A stretch of 64,000 nt of DNA from Chiloscyllium plagiosum (Eukaryota): NCBI RefSeq assembly GCF_004010195.1, contig NC_057759.1:7893022-7957021 (forward strand), in the 5' to 3' direction. The stretch's first letter is position 1, and the number at the start of each line of letters is the position of its first letter. Shown piece after piece: positions 51,601 through 59,879 of the stretch. A program made the position numbers and the translations under genes. The notes under the pieces were generated by a model. The model worked only from the letters and a program-made list of their open reading frames with translations. It was not told the DNA's origin and made no database searches.

Positions 51601-54600
51601 GGCCCTGATCCTTGCGGTACACCACGAGTAACTGAACTCCAGGATGAAATTTTCCCATCAACCACCTCCCTCTGTCTTCTTTCAGCTAACCAATTTCTGA
51701 TCGAAACCACTAAATCGCCTTCAATCCCATGCTTCCATATTTTGTGCAATAGCCGACCTTGGAGAACCTTATCAACAGCATGCTGAAATCCATATACATC
51801 ACAGCAACCGCTTTACACTCATCCACCTGTTTGGTCACCTTCTCAAAGAACTCAATAAGGTTTGTCAGACACGAATTACCTTTCACAAAACAATGTTGAT
51901 TATCCCTAATCAACTCATTCCTTTTTGAATGATTATGAATCCTCTTTCTTATAACCTTTTCCAACACTTTACACACAACTAAAGTAAGGTTCACGGAAAT
52001 TCTGTAAGTTTCAATCAGATCCTTTATAAACTCAATTGAGTTTAGTCCCAAATTCTTCAAACATTTCTCATTAATCTTCATTCCTGGGATCATTCTCATG
52101 AATCTCCTCTCCACTCAAAGACCAATACATCTTTCCTAAGGTGTGAAACTGAAAATTGCTCAAAGTACCTTAAATTTGGTCTGACCAGAGCCTCACAAAG
52201 CCTCCTGCTTTTATATTCTCATCCTCTCAAAATGAATGACAACATTGTATTTGCCTTCCTAATTACTGACTCAACCTGCAAGCTTACCTTAAGAGAAACC
52301 TGGACCAGGGCTCTCAAGTTCTTTTGCACTTCCAATTGCTGAGTTTTCTCCCCATTTACAAAATAGTCCATGCGTCTATTCTTTCTGCCAAAGTGCATGA
52401 CCTCACGCTTTCTCACATTGTATTTCATCTGCCACGTCTTTGCCCACTCTCCTAACCTATCTGAACATTTTTGCAGCCTCCCCGCCGCCTCAATACTACC
52501 TGCCGTCCACCTATCTTTGTATCATCTGCAAACTTAGCCAGAATGCCCTCAATTCCTTCGTCTATATCATTAATGTATAAAGTGAAAAGTTGTTATCCCA
52601 ACACTAACACTTGTGGATCACCACTAGTCACTGGCTTCCATCTTGAGAAGGACTGTTTTATCCCCACTCTCTGCCTTATGCCAGACAGCAAATCTCCTGT
52701 CCATGCTAGTAGCTTGCCTCTCATACCATGGGCCCTGATTTTATTCAGCAGCTTCTTGTGCAGCACCTTATCAGAGGCCTTCTGGAAGTCCAGATAGCGA
52801 ACTTCCATTGGTTCTCCTTGGTCTAACCTGCTCATTACTTCCTCAAAGAATTCTAGCAGATTTGTCAGGCATGACCTCACCTTGATGAAACCGTGCTGAA
52901 TTTGCCCTATTTCACCATGCACTACCAAGTATTTAGAAATCTCATTCTTCACAATGAACTCCAAAGTCTTACCAATGACTGGGGTTAGGCTAATCAGCCT
53001 GTAAGTTCCCATCTTTTGCCTTGGTCTCTTCTTAAACGGGGGGGTATCTTCGTGACTTTCCAGGCCTCTTGAACCCTCGCTGATTCCAATGATATCTGAA
53101 AGATCACTATTAAAGCGTCCACTATCTCTTCAGCTATCTCCTCCAGAACTCTAGGGTATAGTCCATCGATCCAGGCGATTTATCTACTTTCAGACATTTC
53201 AATTTTTCTCGCACCTTCATCTTGGTTCTCATCTCTGCCCCCTGACTCTCTTGAATTTTTGGTTTGGAGGTGCCAGTGTTGGAGTGGAGTGTACAAAGTC
53301 AAAAGTCACACAACACCAGGTTATAGTCCAACAGGTTTATTTTGAAGCACTAGCTTTCATCAGGTGGTTGTGAATTTTTGGGATATTGCTCATGCACCAT
53401 GAAGATTGACACAAAGTGCTTATTCAATTCCTCAGCTATTTCTTTGCTCCCCATTACAACTTCTTCATCTTCTCCCTCCTTATTTCTTTCTTCATTGTCC
53501 TCTATTTGTTTTTGTAGCTTTCCTAATCCTCAGGCTTCCCATTGTCTTTTGCTACATTATATGCTTTCTCTTTTGATTTTATGCTGTATCTGACTTCCCT
53601 GGTCAGCCATCCTCCCTTTAGAGTCAGAGAGTTATGGAGTCCTCCATCAATGCGAATCCCATTTCCCTGCACTTGGCCCATAAACCTTTCCTATGCATGT
53701 ATTTGCCCAAATGCCTTTTAAATGTGTTAATGTGCACACACCACAACCACTTCCGCTAGCAGCTCATTGCTTACGCGTACCACCCTCTGTGTAAAAAAGT
53801 TGCCCTCTAAGGTTCCCTTTTATTCTTTACCCTCTAACCTTAAACTGATGCCCTCCACTCCGCGATTCTCCAACCCTGGAAGAAAGACTGAGTGCATTCA
53901 CCCTAACCATGCCTCTCAAGGTCTTATACACTTCTTTAAGATTTCCTCCAGTCTCCTACACTCTAAAGAGAAAAATTCTAGCTTGTCCAATCTCTCCCTG
54001 TGACTCAGACCTTTCAATCCTGGCAACATCCTTTTAAATTTCTTCTGCACTCTTTCCAGTTCAATAACATCCTTCCTATATGAACACAATACTCCAAGGC
54101 CTCACCAATGTCCTGCACAACTACAACATCCCAACATCTATATTCAGTGCCCTGACTGATGAAGGCCAGTGATCTAAAAGCCTTCTTCACTGCCCTGTCT
54201 ACCTGTAACTTCACTTTTGGAGGACTGTTCTCCTAAATTCCAAGGTCTCTCTGTTCCACTACATTCCTTAAGGCCTTACCATTCACAATGAAACTCATAT
54301 CTTGATTTGACTGTCCAAAATGCAAGACGTCACATTTATGTACATTTAACTCCATTTGCATTTCTTGGCTCAATTCCCCAGCTGAGCAAGGTCCTGCTGC
54401 AGTTTCTGATAGCCTTCCTCACTCTCCACAATACATGCTACTTTAGTGTCATCTGCAGACTTAGTATAATCATGCCTTGTACACAATCATCCAAATCATT
54501 GATATACATCACAAACAGCAATGGGCCCAGCACCGACACCTGAGGCACTCCATTAGTCCAGTCCGACAAGCATCCTTCCACTATTACCCTCTGCTTCCTA

Positions 54601-57600
54601 CCATCAAGCCAATTGTGTATCCAATTTGCCACTTTCCCCTGGATTCTATATGATCTAACCTCCCAGAGCAGCCTACCATGTGGAACCTTATCAAAGGCCT
54701 TACTTAAATCCATATAGATTATGTTTACTGCCCTGCCCTCATTAACCTTGCTGGTCACTTCATCAAAGAACTCTAACAAATTTGTGAGGTATGATCTCCC
54801 CCGCACAGGGCCATTCTGACTATTCCCAATCAAGCTTTGTCTTTTCAACTGCATGTATATCTTATCTATCAGGATCTTCTCAAATAACTTACCCACCACA
54901 GATGATAGGCCTACTGATCTACAGTTCCCAGGTTTTTCTTAGTAGCCCTTCTTGAATAAAGGCACAATGTTTGCAATACTCTAGTCTTCCAGGATCTTAT
55001 CCATGTCTAACAATGACGCAAAAATATCAGACAGAGCCCCTGTAATTTCTTCTCCTGCGCCTTGCAGTGTTCTTGGATATATCTGACAGGGACTAAATTT
55101 ATCCACCTTCATACATTCGAATACATCAAACATCACCTCTACTGTGAAATGGACTGTCCCCAAGATCTGACCATGAATTTCCTCCAGTTCCCAAGTCTTC
55201 ATGTCTTTAGTATGCTTTTTCGTTGAGATGAATTTTTGCTGCCTCTCTCAAAACACTCCCAGAAATTCCTGTCTTTCCTGGTAGGCTTCTCTCCCAGTTA
55301 ATTCTGGTCAGCTCCTTCCTCATGCCTCTGTAGTTGCCTTTATTTCACTGTAATACTGATTACATCTACTTCTTCTCAAATATTATGGTCACTGCCTTCT
55401 AAGGGTTCCTTCACCTTAAGCTCCCTTTTCAAATCTGCCTCATTGCACAGGGAGAGTCGAGACTGTGGTGCTGGAAGAGCACAGCAGGTCAGGCAGCATC
55501 CGTGGAGCAGGAAAATCGACGTTTCGGACATAAGCCCTTCATCAGGAGTGCCTCTTCGCACAACAATAAATCCAATATTGTCTGTTCCCTGGTGGGCTCC
55601 ACCACAAGCTGCTCTAAAAAGCCATCTCGTAGAAATTCTGCAAATTCCTTTTCTTGTAATCCACTGCCAATCCACCTGGATATTGAAATCCCCCATGATC
55701 ATAGTAACTTTGCCTTTCTTACCCGCTTCTTCTATCTCTTGGTGAATCTTATGCCTCCAATTCTGACTACTGTTTGGAGGCCTATAGATAACTTGCATTA
55801 TGTCTCCTTACCTTTGGGCATCCTCAACTCTACCCACACAGATTCTACATCATCTGACCCTGGTTTGTTTATTACTTTTGATTTCATTTCATTTTTTACT
55901 AAACAGGCAACCCCGCCACCTCAACCCACCTGCCTGTCTTTTTGATACGATGTATATCCTTGGATATTTGTGGGGGCGATGGCCCAGTGGTATTATTGCT
56001 CAACTATTAATTCAGAAACCCAGAATAATGTTCTGTGCACCTGGGTCTTTTTAGATTCACTACAGTGTGGAAATAGGCCCTTCGGCCCAACCAGTCCACA
56101 CCGACCCTCCGAAGAGTAACCCACCCAGACCCATTTCCCTCTGACTAATGCACCTAACACTATTGACAATTGAGCGTGGCCAATTCACCTGACCTGCACA
56201 TCTTTGGACTGTGGGAGTACCCTCATGCAGACACGGAGAGAACGTGCAAACTCCACACAAACAGTCTTAGACAGGCTGGAATCGAACCGGGGATGCTGGT
56301 GCTGTGAAGCAGCAGTGCGAACCACTGAGCCACAGTGCCAATGCAAACCACTGAGCCACCGTGGCGGGTTTGAATCCCGCCATGGCAGCTGGAGAAATTT
56401 GAATTCAATTTTAAAAATCTGAATTTAAGGGTCGATTGGCCATGAAACCATTGTCAATTGTAAGAAAAACCCAGCTGACTCACTAATATCCTCTAGGGAA
56501 GCAAATCTGCCATCCTTACCTGGTCTGGTCTACCTGTGACTCTGGACCCATAGCAATGTGGTTGACTCTCAACTGCCCTTTGAAATGGCCTAGCAAACCA
56601 CTCAGTTATATCAATCACTAGAAAGTCACAACAAAGAAATGAAACCGGATGGACCACCTGGCATCGACCTTGGATCCGGAAAATACAACGACAATGAAAA
56701 GACCTCCTTATCAACAGCTGTGGCCTTGTGCCGAAATTGGGAGAGATGTCTCACAGACTAGTGAAGCAAAAACTTGTCATTCTTAATGAATCATACCTTA
56801 GATAACACCCCAGACACCACCATTACCATCCCTGGCTATGTCCTGTCTCACTGGCAGGGTAGACCCAGCAGAAGTGGTAGACACAGTGGGGCTTAAGAGT
56901 TATAATTTAGCCAGAAAGGATCTAAAGGAGGGCTAAGAAGGGGACATGAGACGTTGTTGGCGGATAGGATCAAAGAAAACCCTATGGCCTTCTGTAGGCG
57001 TATCAGGGATAAAAGAATGTCAATCGTAAGATTAGGGCCAATCAAAGGTAGTAGTGGAAAGTCGTATGTGGAATCTCAGGACATAAGGGGAGTGCTTAAT
57101 GAATACTTTTCGTAGGTATTCACATTGGAAAAGGGCAGTGCCACTGAGAATAAGGAGATACAGGCTATAAGATTGGATGTGATTGAGGTTGACAAAGAGG
57201 AGGTTTTAGCAATTTTAGAAGAACTGAAATTAGATAATATCCTGGGACCGGATGGGATTTATCCTCGATTCTCTGGGAAGCCAGGGAGGAGATTACCGAG
57301 CCTTTGACTTCGATCTTTATGTCGTCATTGTCAACAGGAGTAGTACCAGAAGACTGGACAACAGCAAATATTGCTCCCTTGTTTAAGAAGGGAAGTCGGG
57401 TCAACCCTGGTAATTATAGACCACTGAGCCTTACTTTGATTGTGAGTAAGGTGTTGGAAAAGGTTATAAGAGATAGGATTTATGTTCATCTGGAAAGGAA
57501 TAAATTGAGTAGGGAATAGTCAACACGGTATTGTGAAGGGTAGGTCGTGCCTCACTAACCTTATTGAGTTCTTCGAGAAGGTGACCAAACAGGTGGGTGA

Positions 57601-59755
57601 AGGTAAGAAGTTGATCTGGTGTAAATGGACTTAGTAAAGCTTTTGATAAGGTGCCACACGGTAAGCTAGTGCACAAAATAAGGAGTTTCGGAATTGAAGG
57701 TAATTTAGTGGTTTGAATCAGAAGTTGGCTAGCTGAAGGAAGACAGAGGGTGGTGGTTGATGGGAAATGTTCATCCTGGAACGCCATTACCAGTGGTGTG
57801 CCACAAGGATCTGTTTTGGGACCACTGCTGTTTGTCATTTTTATAAATGATCTGGATGTGGTGTAGAAGGATGGGTAAGTAAATTTGCAGATGACACTAA
57901 GGCAGGCCGAGTTTTGGATGGTGCCTAAGGATGTTGTGGGTTGCAGAGGGACGTAGAGATGATGCAGAGCTGTGCTGAGAAGTGGAAAATGGAGTTTAAT
58001 GCGGAAAGGTGTGAGGTAGTTCACTTCGGAAGAAACAACAGGAATGCAGAGTCCTGGGCTCATGGTAAGATTCTTGGCTGTGTAGATTAACAGAGAGATC
58101 TCAGTGTCTAGGTGCATAAATCCCTGAAAGTTGCCACCCAGGTTGATAGGGTTGTTAAGAAGGCATATATTGTATTGGAGTTTATTGCTAGGGGATTGAG
58201 TTTTGGAGCCACGAGGTTATGCTTCAGTTGTACAAGACACTAGTAAGGCGGCACCTGGAGTATTGCGTGCAGTTCTGATCACCGCATTATAGGAAGGATG
58301 TGGAAGCTTTGGAAAAGGTTCAGAGGAGATTGCCTCGGGTGTTGCCTGGTATGGAGGGAAGGTCTTATGAGGAAAGGCAGAGGGACCTGAGGTTGTTTTC
58401 GTTGCAGATAAGAGGGTTGGGAGGTGACTTAATCAAGACGTATAAGATAATCAGAGGATTAGATAGGTTGGACAGTGAGAGCCTTTTTCCTCAGATGGTG
58501 AAGGCTAACACGAGGGGACATAGCTTTATATTGTGGGGTGATAGATTTAGGACAGATATGAGGGGTAGTTCCTTTACTCAGTAGTAGTGACATGGAACGG
58601 CCTGCCTGCAACAGTAGTAGACTTGCTGACATTAAGGGCATATTGGATAGGTATATGGGTGAAAATGGAATAGTTCAAGTTAGGCTTCAGATTGAGTCCA
58701 TAGGTCGGTGCAACATCGAGGGCCGAAGGACCTGTACTGCGCTGTAATGTTCTATGTTTTAAGTCTAGAAATTTTACCCAGCAACGAAGGAATGACTAGA
58801 TACTTCAAAGGATGGTGAATAGTTTGGAGGGGAACCTGCAGGTGACACTGTTGCCATTTATCTGCTGCCCTTTTCTTTCTTGATGGAAGTGGTCATGGGT
58901 TTGGGAAGTGCTCTCTAAGGAGCCTTGGTGATTTTCTCCAATACATCTTATAGATAGTACACACTGCTGCTACTTAGTGTCAGTGGCAGAATGACAAAAT
59001 GTTTGTGGATGTGGTGCCAAATCAGCAGGCTGCATTGTCCTGGATCGCGTCAAGCTTTTGAGTGTTGATGGAGCAGCATTTATTGAGATATGTGGGGAGT
59101 ATTCCATCCCACTTAATGATTTAATATCTGCATTCCTCCTATGCTTAATTTATTTAATCAGTGACCTTCCCTCCATCAGGTCAAAAGTGGGGATATTCTC
59201 AGAATTTGCAACTCCATCGATATTGAAGCAGTCCATTTCCAAAAGTGGCAAGAATTAAACAATATCCAAGCTTCACCTGACAATTGGCAAGATACATTTG
59301 TGCCGTACAAATGCCAGGAAATCACTGTCTCCAATAAAGTGTGTGCAGGTGCAACTTCAAATTGTTCTTGGGAAAGTAAACAGAACCTGTACAGATAACT
59401 ACAATAGATTTTATGATGAGACAAATTAATTCTGATGACAAAGGTCACGTATTAAAATGGTCTTGATGGCATTTATGTATTTTATTATTTCACCCAATGT
59501 GTTTAAAATATTTTTAAATCCTAAGTTCAAAGACCATTTAATGGATATGTGAATAGTCAAAAAAAACTGTTTGTGATGCAGATAAATGCATGAGCTCTCT
59601 GCTGGAAGTTGCACTGTCTGGAAATGAAGAACAAAAACCTTTTGAATATAGCCTTGGTGCCGAGAATATTATGCTTGTTGATCTGGCTTTGGGCTCGACT
59701 AAAGAACCTGTCAATGTTCTGTGGCTCAAAATGCAGGACTATGCTGTCAGTAAAG
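3587..59755 (+). CDS. HERC1: HERC1 giant HECT/RLD E3 ubiquitin ligase, partial (17 internal exons, 2809 nt, about 936 codons; RCC1-like domain 1 and downstream region)
   Basis: Exons join with consistent phases into one [17 protein letters not shown]...[12 protein letters not shown]...[11 protein letters not shown]...[12 protein letters not shown]...[12 protein letters not shown]...QDYAVSK. It has RCC1 repeats and closely matches the HERC1 peptide as recalled. All introns are GT-AG. Confidence 0.97.
4033..4227 (+). CDS. HERC1: HERC1 exon W2 (195 nt)
   Basis: catag|GTTTGTCGA...CAAACA|gtaagc; [65 protein letters not shown]. Confidence 0.95.
4660..6640 (+). mobile_element. CR1/HER1 ORF2 remnants (older 3' piece about 4660-5150; younger RT-to-3'-end piece about 5240-6640)
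   Basis: [21 protein letters not shown]...[11 protein letters not shown] motifs with frameshifts. Confidence 0.88.
7255..8325 (+). mobile_element. CR1/HER1 5'-truncated LINE
   Basis: [37 protein letters not shown], 3' tail. Confidence 0.9.
8517..8616 (+). mobile_element. PLE family 1 solo arm B, degenerate hammerhead (CTGGTGA)
   Basis: cctggtgaagagtttatgcttgaaacgtc...ctgatctccagcatctgc. Confidence 0.7.
8950..9800 (-). mobile_element. Old CR1-like LINE 3' fragment
   Basis: Degenerate RT C-terminal similarity on the minus strand; tail-like sequence near 8950. Confidence 0.55.
9860..10775 (+). mobile_element. CR1/HER1 5'-truncated LINE
   Basis: [38 protein letters not shown]; 3' GCCGAAGGGCC. 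Confidence 0.9.
10950..11940 (+). mobile_element. CR1 5'UTR plus ORF1 fragment (zinc finger + SGNH esterase)
   Basis: [12 protein letters not shown]...[25 protein letters not shown]; homologous to 22910-23800. Confidence 0.8.
11945..12760 (-). mobile_element. Old CR1 ORF2 fragment
   Basis: Reverse-complement similarity to the QHGF...LTNL and DKSPG motifs. Confidence 0.55.
12874..13926 (-). mobile_element. Penelope-like element family 2, 3' part: GIY-YIG endonuclease, CA-rich UTR, terminal repeat
   Basis: [18 protein letters not shown]...VGEHF...GLNRNLGF on the minus strand; NVVYLI motif inverted at about 13908-13925. Confidence 0.85.
12965..13000 (-). ncRNA. Minimal hammerhead ribozyme motif (PLE family 2)
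   Basis: Reverse complement cacCTGATGA-a-GGAGC-aac-GCTCC-GAAAGC-TA; AGCT palindrome in place of helix III. Confidence 0.7.
13930..14440 (+). mobile_element. CR1 ORF2 AP-endonuclease fragment
   Basis: [14 protein letters not shown]...ETW...GGGMALLVK...VIMGDLNFP. Confidence 0.85.
14454..15009 (+). mobile_element. Penelope-like element family 1, 3' end (GIY-YIG C-terminus, C-rich UTR, terminal arm) with a short 5' inversion
   Basis: AEHFNSP...[14 protein letters not shown]; 14454-14481 is an inverted copy of 14621-14648; terminal arm matches the hairpin inserts. Confidence 0.85.
14880..14916 (+). ncRNA. Minimal hammerhead ribozyme motif, sense to HERC1
   Basis: CTGAAGA-a-GGGC-taat-GCCC-GAAAC-GTT-gattc. 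Confidence 0.65.
15010..16190 (-). mobile_element. CR1/HER1 ORF2 fragment
   Basis: [45 protein letters not shown]. Confidence 0.9.
16325..16750 (-). mobile_element. Penelope-like element family 3, degenerate 3' end
   Basis: Minus-strand [18 protein letters not shown] (GIY-YIG tail); terminal repeat similar to 59880-60020 with a decayed hammerhead. Confidence 0.6.
16999..17310 (+). CDS. HERC1: HERC1 exon W3 (312 nt), RCC1 repeats
   Basis: cttag|ATTGAA...GGAAAA|gtaagt; [31 protein letters not shown]...GPLQGK. Confidence 0.96.
17485..17581 (+). CDS. HERC1: HERC1 exon W4 (97 nt)
   Basis: taaag|GCCGTT...TTAG|gtaaga; [32 protein letters not shown]. Confidence 0.95.
17700..18480. repeat. Degenerate CpG-rich minisatellite (about 25-30 bp unit, like GTGCACCTGCGGGAGAGCAAGAGT)
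   Basis: GAGAGC(A/G)AGAG(T)GTGC motif recurs throughout. Confidence 0.8.
18720..19472 (+). mobile_element. PLE family 2, older 3' fragment with (TCAC)n microsatellite (about 18985-19040)
   Basis: Starts DLGFLSHYR; ends aaataaacctgttggactataa...catctccacatc, homologous to the reverse complement of 12874-12960; decayed CTGAGGA...GAAA core. Confidence 0.75.
19876..24038 (-). mobile_element. Near-full-length, internally deleted CR1/HER1 LINE nested in an older CR1 (host about 19470-19875 and 24039-24100)
   Basis: 5'UTR, ORF1 (CGKC zinc finger; GxS...GNND...DGLH SGNH esterase), APE (MGDFNF), RT (KFADD), 3' tail; TTAATA duplicated at 19870-19875 and 24039-24044. Confidence 0.88.
21043..21618 (+). 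mobile_element. CR1 3' fragment nested in the opposite orientation
   Basis: [23 protein letters not shown]...FFTQRV; CTATGAC tail. Confidence 0.88.
24168..24452 (-). mobile_element. tRNA-headed SINE (non-HE1 family)
   Basis: Reverse complement shares its body with 37440-38020 and 56365-56610. Confidence 0.6.
24455..25820 (+). mobile_element. CR1/HER1 5'-truncated LINE
   Basis: [35 protein letters not shown], 3' tail. Confidence 0.9.
25920..26545 (-). mobile_element. CR1 3' end with a nested diverged HE1 SINE (+, about 26079-26430)
   Basis: CR1 tail on the minus strand, split by GGGCAGCAC...GGAGTTTGCACG SINE sequence. Confidence 0.75.
26758..26901 (+). CDS. HERC1: HERC1 exon W5 (144 nt)
   Basis: gatag|GTCAT...AATG|gtaagt; [48 protein letters not shown]. 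Confidence 0.95.
26990..27660. mobile_element. Probable solo LTR-like repeat
   Basis: Its end (aaataagaaaaagttaggg...ctggtccagcaa) recurs at 36087-36155 ending CCATAACA; internal AATAAA; start boundary unclear. Confidence 0.4.
28552..30340 (+). mobile_element. CR1/HER1 ORF2 (internally deleted) to 3' end
   Basis: [53 protein letters not shown]. Confidence 0.9.
30480..31680 (+). mobile_element. Old CR1 RT-to-3' fragment containing PLE hairpin D
   Basis: Degenerate GSVL / WQMEY / FFIQMVVNL motifs. Confidence 0.6.
31060..31284. mobile_element. PLE family 1 inverted-repeat insert D
   Basis: Palindromic centre cccttcatcagg-attt-ctgatgaaggg; TSD TGATTCCYGAGTAG at 31046-31059 and 31285-31298. Confidence 0.85.
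31680..32310 (-). mobile_element. Rex1/Babar-type LINE 3' fragment
   Basis: [31 protein letters not shown]; tail cttttcactgta...gacaataaa on the minus strand. Confidence 0.8.
33088..33215 (+). CDS. HERC1: HERC1 exon W6 (128 nt)
   Basis: actag|GCAAA...GGACAG|gttagt; [43 protein letters not shown]. Confidence 0.95.
33526..33670 (+). CDS. HERC1: HERC1 exon W7 (145 nt)
   Basis: tgtag|GTGTAT...CATG|gtaaga; [48 protein letters not shown]. Confidence 0.95.
34996..35211. mobile_element. PLE family 1 inverted-repeat insert E (opposite polarity to A, D, F)
   Basis: Tail on the left; TSD CTTRTRCCATTTTGTA at 34980-34995 and 35212-35227. Confidence 0.85.
35508..36700. repeat. About 320-bp inverted duplication (arms 35508-35831 and 36383-36700)
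   Basis: The arms are reverse complements along their whole length with scattered mismatches. Confidence 0.92.
36747..37068 (-). mobile_element. Young full-length HE1 SINE
   Basis: A/B boxes and CpGs intact, (TAGAT)n tail. Confidence 0.92.
37440..38020 (+). mobile_element. tRNA-headed SINE (non-HE1) containing PLE hairpin F (37745-37960)
   Basis: Body aatctgctgtccttatctggtctgg...ggttgactct; F flanked by TSD GTKTGGGATGACA at 37732-37744 and 37961-37973. Confidence 0.7.
38161..38332 (+). CDS. HERC1: HERC1 exon W8 (172 nt)
   Basis: tatag|ATAAT...GACAG|gttaga; [29 protein letters not shown]...TALPRD. Confidence 0.95.
38427..38561 (+). CDS. HERC1: HERC1 exon W9 (135 nt)
   Basis: aacag|ACAAG...TCCAG|gtatga; [45 protein letters not shown]. 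Confidence 0.95.
38948..39113 (+). CDS. HERC1: HERC1 exon W10 (166 nt)
   Basis: aatag|GGAGCAT...CAAGAG|gtgagt; [25 protein letters not shown]...VPDEIQE. Confidence 0.95.
39525..40960 (-). mobile_element. CR1 RT-to-3' fragment containing PLE solo arm G (40086-40218)
   Basis: [20 protein letters not shown] has the exact TSD GATGAAAGCAAGT at 40073-40085 and 40219-40231. Confidence 0.85.
41160..41452 (-). mobile_element. Diverged HE1 SINE
   Basis: Reverse complement gggcagcatggtggctcagtggttagcactg...ggttcgattcc. Confidence 0.8.
42418..42543 (+). CDS. HERC1: HERC1 exon W11 (126 nt)
   Basis: tttag|GCTGTT...GGACAA|gtaaga; [42 protein letters not shown]. Confidence 0.95.
42605..42970. mobile_element. 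Tigger/pogo-like MITE
   Basis: Imperfect 23-bp TIRs (ctgagaaaccttgattatctgaa / ttcgaataatcgaggttcctcta), TA at the right end, subterminal ATTATCCGAAC. Confidence 0.6.
44000..45072 (-). mobile_element. CR1/HER1 5'-truncated LINE
   Basis: [14 protein letters not shown]...[10 protein letters not shown]...[14 protein letters not shown]. Confidence 0.9.
45815..46033 (+). CDS. HERC1: HERC1 exon W12 (219 nt)
   Basis: tccag|AGGATG...TATACT|gtaaga; [28 protein letters not shown]...LLRNLGFYT. Confidence 0.95.
46621..46773 (+). CDS. HERC1: HERC1 exon W13 (153 nt)
   Basis: aatag|GATCAG...AGTGAG|gtataa; [51 protein letters not shown]. Confidence 0.93.
46868..47000 (+). CDS. HERC1: HERC1 exon W14 (133 nt)
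   Basis: tttag|AGCTCC...CAAG|gtattg; [44 protein letters not shown]. Confidence 0.93.
47937..48245 (+). mobile_element. Young full-length HE1 SINE with 9-bp TSD
   Basis: TSD AATCAGATG at 47928-47936 and 48246-48254; A/B boxes intact. Confidence 0.93.
48307..48498 (+). CDS. HERC1: HERC1 exon W15 (192 nt)
   Basis: tgcag|GTGTC...CATG|gtaagc; [31 protein letters not shown]...QELQWPLH. Confidence 0.94.
48730..48951 (+). CDS. HERC1: HERC1 exon W16 (222 nt)
   Basis: tgtag|GTACT...CTAG|gtaaaa; [29 protein letters not shown]...MDLPQL; TACTAAC branch point at 48700-48706. Confidence 0.92.
48995..49836 (+). repeat. (TC)n/(TCTA)n/(TCTG)n low-complexity polypyrimidine tract
   Basis: About 840 bp dominated by C and T. 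Confidence 0.95.
53263..53370 (-). mobile_element. PLE family 2 solo terminal repeat
   Basis: Matches 12880-13000; exact TSD TGAATTTTTGG at 53252-53262 and 53371-53381. Confidence 0.85.
55450..55548 (-). mobile_element. PLE family 1 solo arm H with an intact hammerhead core
   Basis: Reverse complement CTGATGA-a-GGGC-ttat-GTCC-GAAAC-GTC; TSD TGCCTCWTYGCACA at 55436-55449 and 55549-55562. Confidence 0.8.
55970..56890 (+). mobile_element. tRNA-like-headed LINE 5' fragment (SINE-like head + AP-endonuclease start), interrupted by an HE1 SINE (-, about 56050-56365)
   Basis: TGGCCCAGTGG and GGTTTGAATCC boxes; [14 protein letters not shown]...ILNESYL...TIPGYVL. Confidence 0.65.
56890..58757 (+). 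mobile_element. CR1/HER1 ORF2 to 3' end
   Basis: [43 protein letters not shown] tail. Confidence 0.9.
58760..59340. mobile_element. Old LINE RT fragments of a distinct CR1/Jockey-group family (minus about 58760-59115; plus about 59155-59340)
   Basis: Minus [17 protein letters not shown]; plus [14 protein letters not shown]. Confidence 0.55.
59582..59755 (+). CDS. HERC1: HERC1 exon W17 (174 nt)
   Basis: tgcag|ATAAA...AAAG|gtaggt; [23 protein letters not shown]...MQDYAVSK. Confidence 0.92.
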
Positions 59756-59879
59756 GTAGGTGGGTCCACCTTTTCTGTGTAATTTAAATGTGTATCTGAC
59801 AAGCACTAGCAGGAAAAATAATAAAGTAATCAAGATGGCGACAATGCTGTACTGTTGAAGGTGTGCCCAGAACATAGTT

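Larger units (their letters stand above)
50130..55965 (-). mobile_element. Stack of several CR1 fragments, mostly minus strand (+ piece about 50130-50650)
   Basis: QHGF / DFSKA / PQGS / FADD motifs recur in successive fragments; APE motifs (YRPPNS, MGDFN) at 55376-55800. Confidence 0.85.

Noticed and set aside
59425..59462. CTGATGA followed by AAAGGTCAC as another hammerhead or a C-box snoRNA
   Set aside because: No GAAA core, no closing stem II, and no matching D box with a terminal stem.
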